A stretch of DNA of 64,000 nucleotides from Flavobacteriales bacterium. GTDB taxonomy: Bacteria > Bacteroidota > Bacteroidia > Flavobacteriales > TMED113. Where the stretch lies: positions 29,826 through 93,825 of the forward strand of contig PBGD01000019.1 in the NCBI GenBank assembly GCA_002718895.1. Reading direction: 5' to 3'. Positions 22,259 to 30,465 of the stretch are shown in pieces; the stretch's first letter is position 1, and each line of letters starts with the position of its first letter. The position numbers were made by a program, and so were the translations under genes. Below the pieces are notes generated by a model. That model saw nothing but the letters and a program-made list of their open reading frames with translations, was not told where the DNA came from and ran no database searches.

Positions 22259-23647
22259 ATGGAAAAACCTATAGAAAATTATATTTTTGATTTACTTAAA
22301 CAACATGACTGTGTGGTTATTACGGGCTTTGGTGGATTTCTATTAAACCCAAGGCCCTCTTATATAAATGATGTTACTAATCAAATTTTTCCACCATCTA
22401 AATCTATATCATTTAATCAAAATCTTTGTCAAAATGATGGGCTTTTAGCGAATTACATCTCCACAAATGAAAATATTAGTTACAATGAAGCTTGTGTTGA
22501 AATACTTAAATTTTCTAGAAAATCAAAACTCAAAATTTCAAATGGAAAATCAGTTTTATTCAATGGAATTGGTGAGATTTTCCAAAGCGGAGATGGGCAA
22601 TTATTATTCAAGTGCACTTCTTCATACAACTTTAACAAGCATTCATATGGTTTAAACCACTTTCAGTTAACTGAAATTAAAAATAATCAAAAAATAAATC
22701 TTAAAACAATTACCTCATCAGCAGCGGTCATCCTATTATTTATTTCGCTTTCTATCTTTTCGCTTAATAATAGAAATTTTGATGACACTTCATTTTTAAA
22801 TATTGGACCGTCTATTTCAACATCAAATTACTCACCTAGAGAACCCATCCTAAATAATAATGATCACTTAAAAGAGACTCCAGGAATTTACAATGTTAAA
22901 GTATCACAAGTTGATTTTGACTTATATAAAATAAATGGAACAAATTATCATATTGCTACAAAAAAATGTTTCAAATTAGGCTTTGGAAGAGATGTACAAA
23001 TAAAAATATGGAAAAACAAAAAAGATAAAATTGAGCGGCAAGTATGTTTTTTAAATGTGTCTGAAACAGAATATAACGATTGCTATAAGATAACCCAAGT
23101 TTACAATCAACTGGCTTCAAATTCTCAAAAGGTCATGGTCCTAACAAAGAGGGGAAAGATGAAAGAAGCAACACTAGTGCTTGAAGAATCATATATTGAT
23201 CCTTATATAATAGCAAATAGTAACCCTGATGAAGCATTACCAGAGAACACAAAAAAAGAAGATTCTTTAAATATTAAAAATATAGGTCAACGTTTTATAA
23301 ATGCGATACAGTCTGTCACTTCAAATGAAACAAATACATCTTCCCAAACCTCATCACAAGAAAATATTAAACAAGAAAATATTAAATTAAATAGTGAATC
23401 AATCAACAACGAAAATGTAAAAAAAGTTTTCATCATTGTGGGAAGTTTTTCAAACATTGAAAATGCACAAGCACTAACTAAACAATTAAAGAAAAGAGGT
23501 TTCCCTAATGCCGAAATAATTGGTAAAAATGAAAGTGGATTAATTAGAGTTTCTGTAGATAGTTTTTTTACAGAAGAAGAGGCACATTTAGTATTAAAAA
23601 ACACAAAAAATAGTATAGCAAGTGCATGGGTTTTAAACACTAACTAA
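22259..23647 (+). CDS. HU-CCDC81-like N-terminal domains, TM segment, unknown central region and C-terminal SPOR domain
   Basis: 462 aa. N-terminus has HDCVVITGFGGFLLNPRPSY...FPPSKSISFNQNLCQNDGLLANYIS. C-terminus has VFIIVGSFSNIENAQALTKQLKKRGFPNAEIIGKNESGLIRVSVDSF, which is SPOR-like. Confidence 0.7.
   Translation: MEKPIENYIFDLLKQHDCVVITGFGGFLLNPRPSYINDVTNQIFPPSKSISFNQNLCQNDGLLANYISTNENISYNEACVEILKFSRKSKLKISNGKSVLFNGIGEIFQSGDGQLLFKCTSSYNFNKHSYGLNHFQLTEIKNNQKINLKTITSSAAVILLFISLSIFSLNNRNFDDTSFLNIGPSISTSNYSPREPILNNNDHLKETPGIYNVKVSQVDFDLYKINGTNYHIATKKCFKLGFGRDVQIKIWKNKKDKIERQVCFLNVSETEYNDCYKITQVYNQLASNSQKVMVLTKRGKMKEATLVLEESYIDPYIIANSNPDEALPENTKKEDSLNIKNIGQRFINAIQSVTSNETNTSSQTSSQENIKQENIKLNSESINNENVKKVFIIVGSFSNIENAQALTKQLKKRGFPNAEIIGKNESGLIRVSVDSFFTEEEAHLVLKNTKNSIASAWVLNTN
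23357..23386 (+). repeat. Perfect 15-bp tandem duplication (caagaaaatattaaa x2) inside a CDS, encoding QENIK-QENIK
   Basis: Read directly: 23357-23371 is identical to 23372-23386. It lies in a low-complexity Ser/Asn/Gln linker before the SPOR domain. Confidence 0.9.
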
Positions 23648-24612
23648 ATTGATTCCAAAAGAATTTCATTTAAATTATTAATAATTAACTCTGGTTTAAT
23701 ATTCTTTACACACCCTGATTTCGACCACTTACATCTCTTACCATATTTAGAACAAGGGGCATAACTTGGTTGATAAACAATTTCTCTGGAACTTTCATCC
23801 GCCATATACGGTCGAAAGCCTTGGTTAGGCTTTGTACAACCCCAAAAAGATAAAATGATTTTTTTAAATGAACTAGCAATATGCATGAGTCCTGTATCAT
23901 TAGTCAAAACCAACAAACTATTTTTAATAAAAAAAGCAGATTGATCAATTGATAATTTTCCTGCAAGATTATGAATTGATTTGTGTTTAGATTTATTTCT
24001 AATTTTTTCAACTTTAATCTCTTCTTTTGTACCACCCAAAAAAACAATTGGAATTGATAAAGAATCACACACACTTGATATTTGATCAACCGACAACTGT
24101 TTGTTATCATAGGATCCGCCGATGCTCCAAGCAATATAATTTGGCGGAATGTCAAAATCAAATTTTATTTTTTTTTCTAAAAAAAAATCAAGACCCTTAT
24201 TATCATTAATTGTTTTTAAGCTACTCAAAACTTTAAAGTATCTATCTACAACATGACTATTTAATAAATTGATATTAAAATATATGAATAATAACTTTTT
24301 TATTGTTTCTTTTTTTATAGTGAATGCTTTTTTCTTTAATTTATATTTGAGTAAACTTGAAATCAAGTTGCCTTGTAAATCAACTATAAAATCATATTCT
24401 TCAGATTTTAATTTTAATACTATTTCACTAAAAGATCTAGAATATGGAATAATTCTATCTACATAGGGATTGTTTTTTAAAACATCTGAATATTGAGGTC
24501 TCAATAAATAATGAATCTCAGCGCGTTGTTGTAGTTTGAGAGACCTAATTATTGGACTTGTTAAAACAATATCCCCCATTGAACTTAATCTTATTATCAA
24601 TATTTTTTGCAT
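23644..24612 (-). CDS. Glycosyltransferase family 9 (heptosyltransferase-like, LPS core)
   Basis: 322 aa. N-terminus KILIIRLSSMGDIVLTSPIIRSLK, and later TNDTGLMHIA. Confidence 0.8.
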   Translation of the reverse strand: MQKILIIRLSSMGDIVLTSPIIRSLKLQQRAEIHYLLRPQYSDVLKNNPYVDRIIPYSRSFSEIVLKLKSEEYDFIVDLQGNLISSLLKYKLKKKAFTIKKETIKKLLFIYFNINLLNSHVVDRYFKVLSSLKTINDNKGLDFFLEKKIKFDFDIPPNYIAWSIGGSYDNKQLSVDQISSVCDSLSIPIVFLGGTKEEIKVEKIRNKSKHKSIHNLAGKLSIDQSAFFIKNSLLVLTNDTGLMHIASSFKKIILSFWGCTKPNQGFRPYMADESSREIVYQPSYAPCSKYGKRCKWSKSGCVKNIKPELIINNLNEILLESI

Positions 24613-24660
24613 TAATTAAAAATAAAACATAAATACTATACTATGGACTTAAATAAAGTT

Positions 24661-24668
24661 TAATTTTG
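24661..24668 (+). promoter_or_regulatory. Perfect -7 box TAATTTTG only 8 nt upstream of the tatD ATG
   Basis: taattttg at 24661-24668, with the ATG at 24677. This implies a very short or absent 5' UTR. I found no clear -33 TTG. Confidence 0.35.
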
Positions 24669-24676
24669 AATTTGAA

Positions 24677-25459
24677 ATGCTTACTGACTCACATACACAT
24701 CTGTATCTTAAAAATTTTGAAAATGACATAGATATTGTAATACAAGAAGCAAAAAAAGAAGGGATTAACAGATTTATTTTACCAAATATTGATGAAACCA
24801 CAATTAATAAGTTAATAGATTTACATAAGAGATATAAAAATATCACTTATCCACTAATAGGCCTACACCCATGTAGTGTGAATAAAAACTACCCAAAACA
24901 GATAGAAAAATTATTCCAAAAAGTTAAAAATACTCAATTTATAGGCATTGGTGAAATTGGTATTGATTTACACTGGGATAAAACTTTGATAGAGGAGCAA
25001 AAAAGTGCATTTCGTACGCAAATACAATGGGCAAAAAAACTAGAAATACCTATAGTTATTCATTGCAGAAAAGCTTTTAATGAAATATATACAATTTTAA
25101 AGGAAGAAAATGTTAAAGATGTCGGTGGAATATTTCATTGTTTTTCTGGTACAATTAAAGAAGCTGAAAAAATTATTGACTTAGGATTCTTGTTAGGTAT
25201 TGGAGGTGTAATAACGTTTAAAAATTCGAATTTATCCAATATAATCAAAGATATTCCAATTGAAAAAATAGTTTTAGAGACGGATGCTCCATACTTAGCT
25301 CCTCACCCAATGCGAGGTCATAGAAATGAACCCAAATACCTCTCAATTATTGCTAAACAAATAGCCTCAATAAAGAGTATCGATATTCATAAAATAGCTG
25401 AAATCACATCTAAAAATATAGACAATCTATTTTTTAAGAAGAATCAAAATATAATTTAA
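24677..25459 (+). CDS. TatD family metal-dependent hydrolase (DNase-like)
   Basis: 260 aa. Starts MLTDSHTHLY, with GEIGIDLHW and VLETDAPYL later. Confidence 0.9.
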   Translation: MLTDSHTHLYLKNFENDIDIVIQEAKKEGINRFILPNIDETTINKLIDLHKRYKNITYPLIGLHPCSVNKNYPKQIEKLFQKVKNTQFIGIGEIGIDLHWDKTLIEEQKSAFRTQIQWAKKLEIPIVIHCRKAFNEIYTILKEENVKDVGGIFHCFSGTIKEAEKIIDLGFLLGIGGVITFKNSNLSNIIKDIPIEKIVLETDAPYLAPHPMRGHRNEPKYLSIIAKQIASIKSIDIHKIAEITSKNIDNLFFKKNQNII

Positions 25460-25496
25460 CATTAATAAATGTATTGTTAAATTGTTAACTATAGTT

Positions 25497-25520
25497 ACAA
25501 AAAAAATTGTTTTTTTTTGT
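25497..25520. repeat. Perfect 10-bp inverted repeat, almost pure A/T (ACAAAAAAAA-TTGT-TTTTTTTTGT); possible weak or bidirectional terminator
   Basis: Read directly. The arms are 25497-25506 and 25511-25520 with a 4-nt loop. It lies 38 nt after the tatD stop and 38 nt before tRNA-Ser. Confidence 0.3.
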
Positions 25521-25558
25521 AATTTCGTTTCGCGTAATTCGTATGAGAGTTGAAAAGA

Positions 25559-25643
25559 GGAGAGGTGGCCGAGTGGCTTAAGGCGCACGCTTGGAAAGCG
25601 TGTATATGGAAACATATCGGGGGTTCGAATCCCTTTCTCTCCG
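25559..25643 (+). tRNA. tRNA-Ser (anticodon GGA), long variable arm
   Basis: GGAGAGG acceptor, GCCGAGTGG D-loop, anticodon stem-loop CACGC-TTGGAAA-GCGTG, long extra arm, T-arm GGGGG-TTCGAAT-CCCTT. 85 nt with no encoded CCA. The 77-aa ORF at 25427-25660 on the opposite strand is an artefact. Confidence 0.92.
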
Positions 25644-25692
25644 CGATTTACAGAATACAAGTATTACTGAACAATAACTTAAAATAAATAAA

Positions 25693-26517
25693 ATGACCAC
25701 TAGATTCTTAATTTTTATATCATTATTTCTATTAAATATTGATAAAACATTTGCTCAAGATGAAGTACTTGAGGATTCTTTAAATACCGAAATAACAGAC
25801 ACTGCCAAATATGATTCAGAAACTAATGTTGAAACTACTGAAACTAAAGAAGATGTAATTATAGAAAATGATATTATTTCTAATGAAAACCCTTCATTCC
25901 ACCAAGTACTAAAAACAAAATTTATTGAAGGTGGAGCAGGTTTTATGGGTATTGTTTTATTAACACTTATCTTAGGCTTAGCATTATGTATAGAAAGAAT
26001 TTTATATTTACACGCAGCTGGCTCAACTAACCATGAAAAATTATTGATAGAAATAGAAGATGCAATTAATAATGGAGGTATAGATAAAGCAAAAGAAATT
26101 TGCAAAAACACACCTGGTCCAATTGCTAGTATTTTTTATCAAGGTTTAGAAAGATCTAATAAAGGAGTTGATGTAGTTGAAAAGTCAATTGTTGCGTATG
26201 GATCAGTTCAAATGGGCTTATTGGAAAGAGGAACGACCTGGATATCCTTATTCATAGCTCTAGCACCAATGCTTGGTTTCATGGGTACGGTCATAGGTAT
26301 GATTGGAGCTTTTGATGCAATTGAAGCAGCTGGTGATATTTCACCTTCACTAGTAGCAGGTGGTATCAAAGTAGCACTTCTTACAACAGTATTTGGTCTA
26401 ATAGTTGCTATCATTCTTCAAGTATTTTATAATTATATTGTTTCAAAAATAGACGATATAGTAAACAAAATGGAAGATGCATCTATCGCATTAGTAGATA
26501 TTTTATCAAGTAAATAA
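25693..26517 (+). CDS. exbB: MotA/TolQ/ExbB proton-channel protein with signal peptide and acidic N-terminal extension
   Basis: 274 aa. C-terminal channel region GMIGAFDAIEAAGDISPSLVAGGIKVALLTTVFGLIVAI. Confidence 0.88.
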   Translation: MTTRFLIFISLFLLNIDKTFAQDEVLEDSLNTEITDTAKYDSETNVETTETKEDVIIENDIISNENPSFHQVLKTKFIEGGAGFMGIVLLTLILGLALCIERILYLHAAGSTNHEKLLIEIEDAINNGGIDKAKEICKNTPGPIASIFYQGLERSNKGVDVVEKSIVAYGSVQMGLLERGTTWISLFIALAPMLGFMGTVIGMIGAFDAIEAAGDISPSLVAGGIKVALLTTVFGLIVAIILQVFYNYIVSKIDDIVNKMEDASIALVDILSSK

Positions 26518-26527
26518 AAGAAATAGC

Positions 26528-26869
26528 ATGACTGATTTAGGACTTATTCTAGTATATATAATGATTGGCATTGCAGTGATAATCTGCATAGCTTCTCCTA
26601 TTATTCAAATAAAAAACCAACCTGGGAAAATGAAAGAGATGATTCTACCTATTGCTCTTTTAGTTTTACTATTTGTTTTTTCTATTGTAATATCATCAAA
26701 TGAAGTTCTTCCCTCTTATACTAGTACAGATGGGAATTTAATTTCCTCATTGACATCGAAAATAGTGGGAGGTAGTTTAATTACGTTTTACTTATTAGCT
26801 ATAATTGCAATTGGAACCGTGATGTATAGTGAATTTCTAAAGAAATTATTTAAAAATGGCAAGAAGTAA
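26528..26869 (+). CDS. Small three-TM membrane protein of unknown function, embedded between exbB and exbD
   Basis: 113 aa with three hydrophobic helices. It starts 10 nt after exbB and overlaps exbD by 14 nt. I recognise no motif. Confidence 0.55.
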   Translation: MTDLGLILVYIMIGIAVIICIASPIIQIKNQPGKMKEMILPIALLVLLFVFSIVISSNEVLPSYTSTDGNLISSLTSKIVGGSLITFYLLAIIAIGTVMYSEFLKKLFKNGKK

Positions 26870-27392
26870 AAGATCTACACCAGAAATAAATGCTGGATCA
26901 ATGGCAGATATTGCATTTCTGTTATTAATTTTTTTCTTAGTAACTACTACAATGGATGTTGATACTGGAATTGCACGAAAATTACCTGTACTTGATGATA
27001 CACAAGAGCCTGAAGATATGCAAGGGAACGCACGAAATATATATGAAGTATATGTAAATAAAAGAGATAAATTACTTGTAGAAGACTTAGAGATTGAAAT
27101 TGATGATTTAAGAGAAGGGGCCAAATCATTCATTAATAATAGAGGAGTTAACCCAGAGTCATCAGATAGTCCTGATAAAGCAATTATTTCTTTAATAAAT
27201 AGTCGTGGTACATCTTATGAAATGTATATTTCAGTTCAAAATGAACTAACTGCAGCATACAATGAGTTAAGAAACGAGGAATCAATTAAAAAATATAGTG
27301 TAAAGTATTCTGAATTACCAAAATCTAAACAAAAAGAAATAAGAAAAATATATCCCATGAAGATATCTGAAGCTCCTCCAGGTGAATTCTAA
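26856..27392 (+). CDS. exbD: Biopolymer transport protein ExbD/TolR (paralogue 1)
   Basis: 178 aa. Contains EINAGSMADIAFLLLIFFLVTT. Confidence 0.85.
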   Translation: MARSKRSTPEINAGSMADIAFLLLIFFLVTTTMDVDTGIARKLPVLDDTQEPEDMQGNARNIYEVYVNKRDKLLVEDLEIEIDDLREGAKSFINNRGVNPESSDSPDKAIISLINSRGTSYEMYISVQNELTAAYNELRNEESIKKYSVKYSELPKSKQKEIRKIYPMKISEAPPGEF

Positions 27393-27873
27393 TTATAGAA
27401 ATATGTCAAAGTTTAAAAAAAATAATAAAGGTGGAACACCACCAATTTCAACAGCATCACTGCCAGATATTGTCTTCATGTTATTATTCTTCTTTATGGT
27501 AACAACAGTTATGCGTGAAACAGAAATGTTGGTAGAAAATCAGTTGCCGCAAGCAACAGAAGTTAAAAAACTTGAACGAAAATCCCTTGTTTCATACATT
27601 TATGTTGGAGCTCCCCGCGGTAATAATCGCAAAACAAAATATGGCACAAAATCTAAAATTCAACTTAATGATGCTTATGCAAAAGTGGCTGATATACAAT
27701 CCTTTATTATTGCGGAGAGAGAAAGTAGAGCAGAAGAAGAGATTCCACTATTAACCACGTCCATTAAAGCTGATATTGATGTGAAAATGGGAATTGTTTC
27801 TGACATAAAACAAGAGCTGCGAAAAGCACAAGCCTATAAAATAAATTACTCTACCAGAAAAGAACAAGACTAA
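27382..27873 (+). CDS. exbD: Biopolymer transport protein ExbD/TolR (paralogue 2)
   Basis: 163 aa. Contains ISTASLPDIVFMLLFFFMVTT. An alternative start at M8 (27403) would remove the overlap. Confidence 0.85.
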   Translation: MNSNYRNMSKFKKNNKGGTPPISTASLPDIVFMLLFFFMVTTVMRETEMLVENQLPQATEVKKLERKSLVSYIYVGAPRGNNRKTKYGTKSKIQLNDAYAKVADIQSFIIAERESRAEEEIPLLTTSIKADIDVKMGIVSDIKQELRKAQAYKINYSTRKEQD

Positions 27874-27893
27874 CAATTTCCTTAGTTTGTAAG

Positions 27894-28877
27894 ATGATTA
27901 AAATAGGAAATGTTGAACTTGGAGAATTCCCACTATTATTGGCACCAATGGAAGATGTGAGCGATCCTCCATTTAGAAAATTATGTAAAGAAGGTGGAGC
28001 TGATTTAATGTTTACAGAATTTATATCATCTGAAGGTCTTATAAGAAATGCGTATAAGAGTGTTCAAAAATTAGATATTTTTGAATATGAAAGACCAATT
28101 GGTATACAAATTTTTGGAAATGACATTAGATCAATGAAGCAAGCTACAGAAATTGCTAGCAGTGTCAAACCTGATATTATTGATATTAATTACGGTTGTC
28201 CTGTTAAAAAAGTGGCATGTAAAGGAGCTGGGGCTGGAATTTTGCAAGATATTCCTAAAATGGTTAAAATGACTGCAGAAATAGTAAAATCAACAAACCT
28301 CCCAGTAACTGTAAAAACAAGATTGGGATGGGATGATAATAGCAAATTTATTGTAGAAGTTGCAGAGAGACTTCAAGATGTTGGTATCAAAGCAATATCT
28401 ATTCATGGTAGAACTAGGAAACAAATGTATAAAGGTGAGGCAGATTGGACATTAATTAGAAAAATTAAAGATAATCCGAGAATGAAAATTCCTATTTTTG
28501 GAAATGGAGATGTAACTTGTGAACATAGTGCTAAAGAAAAAAAAAGAAAATATAATGTAGATGGTATTATGATTGGAAGAGCTGCAATTGGCAATCCATG
28601 GATTTTTAATCAAATAAAAACTTATCTAAATACGGGTAAAGTAGAAAGTGGAATCAATCTAATTGATAAACTTAAAATGGTAGAAAGACACATAGATTTG
28701 TCAGTACAATGGAAAGGTGAAAAACTTGGTGTCTTAGAAATGAGAAGGCATTATAACAACTATTTTAGAGGCCTTCCAAATATAAAAAAACACAGATCTG
28801 AATTAGTTGAAATAGATGATTATAAAAATGTAATGAAGAAAATTAAAGAAATTAAAGTAGAGTATAAAGTGTATTAA
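27894..28877 (+). CDS. dusB: tRNA-dihydrouridine synthase
   Basis: 327 aa. Contains LLAPMEDVSDPPFR, DINYGCPVKKV and SIHGRTR. Confidence 0.9.
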   Translation: MIKIGNVELGEFPLLLAPMEDVSDPPFRKLCKEGGADLMFTEFISSEGLIRNAYKSVQKLDIFEYERPIGIQIFGNDIRSMKQATEIASSVKPDIIDINYGCPVKKVACKGAGAGILQDIPKMVKMTAEIVKSTNLPVTVKTRLGWDDNSKFIVEVAERLQDVGIKAISIHGRTRKQMYKGEADWTLIRKIKDNPRMKIPIFGNGDVTCEHSAKEKKRKYNVDGIMIGRAAIGNPWIFNQIKTYLNTGKVESGINLIDKLKMVERHIDLSVQWKGEKLGVLEMRRHYNNYFRGLPNIKKHRSELVEIDDYKNVMKKIKEIKVEYKVY

Positions 28878-30070
28878 TTAAATAAATTATTTCTTGATAC
28901 TAAAAAAGATACAATAGCTCCAATAGTTAAAACAATCAATTGAATAAAGAATATATCTATTAAATTTATTTTGATTGGATATGCTGAAGTGAAAAAACCA
29001 GAGTCACTAGCCAACTTTATTAATCCAAATTTTTGTTGAAAAAAACAAAACAAAAAACCAAGTATAGTGCCTAAGAACACTCCAACACTAGTAATTAATA
29101 TACCCACGTATAAAAAAATATTTTGAATATCTACTTTATTAAATCCTAAAACTTTTAGAGTGTATATATCTTTTTGTTTTTCGATATATAATATAGTAAG
29201 GCTAGCAATTAAACTGAGCATAGATATAAGTAAAATAAAAGTGAAAATGATGTAGACCATTAATTTTTCTGTTTGAATCATTTTATTCACGAATGGACGT
29301 TGCTGAAACCTGTTTTTAATTAAATATTCAGGTCCTAAAATATTTAACATTTTTTTTTGCACTTCATCAATATTTGTATTTGCTATTAAATGAACATTTA
29401 AGGATGAACATAATTTATCTAATGATAGAAATTCACGTAGATTATTGATGTCGATAATTATATCTTGATAATCTAAATCACTTTGTGTTGCAAAAACTCC
29501 TGTAGCATAGAATGCTTTTGATTTAATTAGGTTAGATATTTTTTGTGGATCAGTATGATTAAAGAATGACAAATTTAATAGGTTTTCAAAGTCAAATAAT
29601 TGCAAAGACAAGTGATTAAAAACACCTCTTCCTACCAAACAAAAGTTAGATCCTAAAAATTCTTTATTTCCTAAAACTAAGTGGTTTTTAAAATTAGTAG
29701 ATTCTATGAAAGAATGATCAACTCCTTTTACATTTATAATGTGTTGATAGTCTTTGTACTGAGCTAACATTTTATATTCTAAAATTTCTGAAAAAAAATT
29801 CACCTCTTTGATTTCCTTAATTTGTTGAATAGTATTTTTTTCTAAACTAAATAAAGCACCTTCTTTATACTCTACTTTAATATCGGCATCAATGTCTTTA
29901 TAGATTTTCTGAATAATTTCATCAAATCCGTTAAATACTGATAATACAACAATCAGTGCCATTGTGCCAAGTAAAACTCCTGCCATAGAAATACTGGTGA
30001 TTAGATTGGATATATTTCTGTTTTTTTGAAAAAAAAAATACTTAATAGCTATTTTAACTGTAGGATTCAA
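28874..30070 (-). CDS. FtsX-like ABC permease (LolC/E-like)
   Basis: 398 aa. One N-terminal TM, a large periplasmic loop and three C-terminal TMs. Immediately downstream of rbfA, as is common in Bacteroidetes. Confidence 0.75.
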   Translation of the reverse strand: MNPTVKIAIKYFFFQKNRNISNLITSISMAGVLLGTMALIVVLSVFNGFDEIIQKIYKDIDADIKVEYKEGALFSLEKNTIQQIKEIKEVNFFSEILEYKMLAQYKDYQHIINVKGVDHSFIESTNFKNHLVLGNKEFLGSNFCLVGRGVFNHLSLQLFDFENLLNLSFFNHTDPQKISNLIKSKAFYATGVFATQSDLDYQDIIIDINNLREFLSLDKLCSSLNVHLIANTNIDEVQKKMLNILGPEYLIKNRFQQRPFVNKMIQTEKLMVYIIFTFILLISMLSLIASLTILYIEKQKDIYTLKVLGFNKVDIQNIFLYVGILITSVGVFLGTILGFLFCFFQQKFGLIKLASDSGFFTSAYPIKINLIDIFFIQLIVLTIGAIVSFLVSRNNLFN

Positions 30071-30072
30071 TT

Positions 30073-30408
30073 TTAAATATCTTTTAAAATAGATGAGATG
30101 TTATCATAATGCTCTTGTGAATTATCAAGATAAAAGAAAAGATCTGGAGTTTTACGTAATTGATTTTTTAATTTTGAAGATAGTTGGTGACGGATTTGTG
30201 AACTTCTTGATTTAAGAAATTCGAAAACATTACTTTTTTTTGGAAATAAACTTAAATATACTTTAGCTTGGGATAAATCTTTAGTAATCATTACATGTGT
30301 TACAGAAACCATGACACCACTATAATGAATCGAAGAATCCTTAAGAAAAATATGAGATAAATCTTTCTGTATTAATCTTCCAACTTTTTTTTGCCTATTT
30401 GATTCCAC
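30073..30408 (-). CDS. rbfA: Ribosome-binding factor A
   Basis: 111 aa. Contains RQKKVGRLIQKDLSHIF and KVYLSLF. Confidence 0.88.
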   Translation of the reverse strand: MESNRQKKVGRLIQKDLSHIFLKDSSIHYSGVMVSVTHVMITKDLSQAKVYLSLFPKKSNVFEFLKSRSSQIRHQLSSKLKNQLRKTPDLFFYLDNSQEHYDNISSILKDI

Positions 30409-30465
30409 TTAATCAAAGATACAATTATATACGATTTATATATAACTTGTAGTTATATTTGAATT

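Noticed and set aside
25427-25660. A 77-aa minus-strand ORF covering the spacer after tatD.
   Set aside because: It overlaps the clear tRNA-Ser(GGA) cloverleaf at 25559-25643 on the opposite strand and has no protein-like features.
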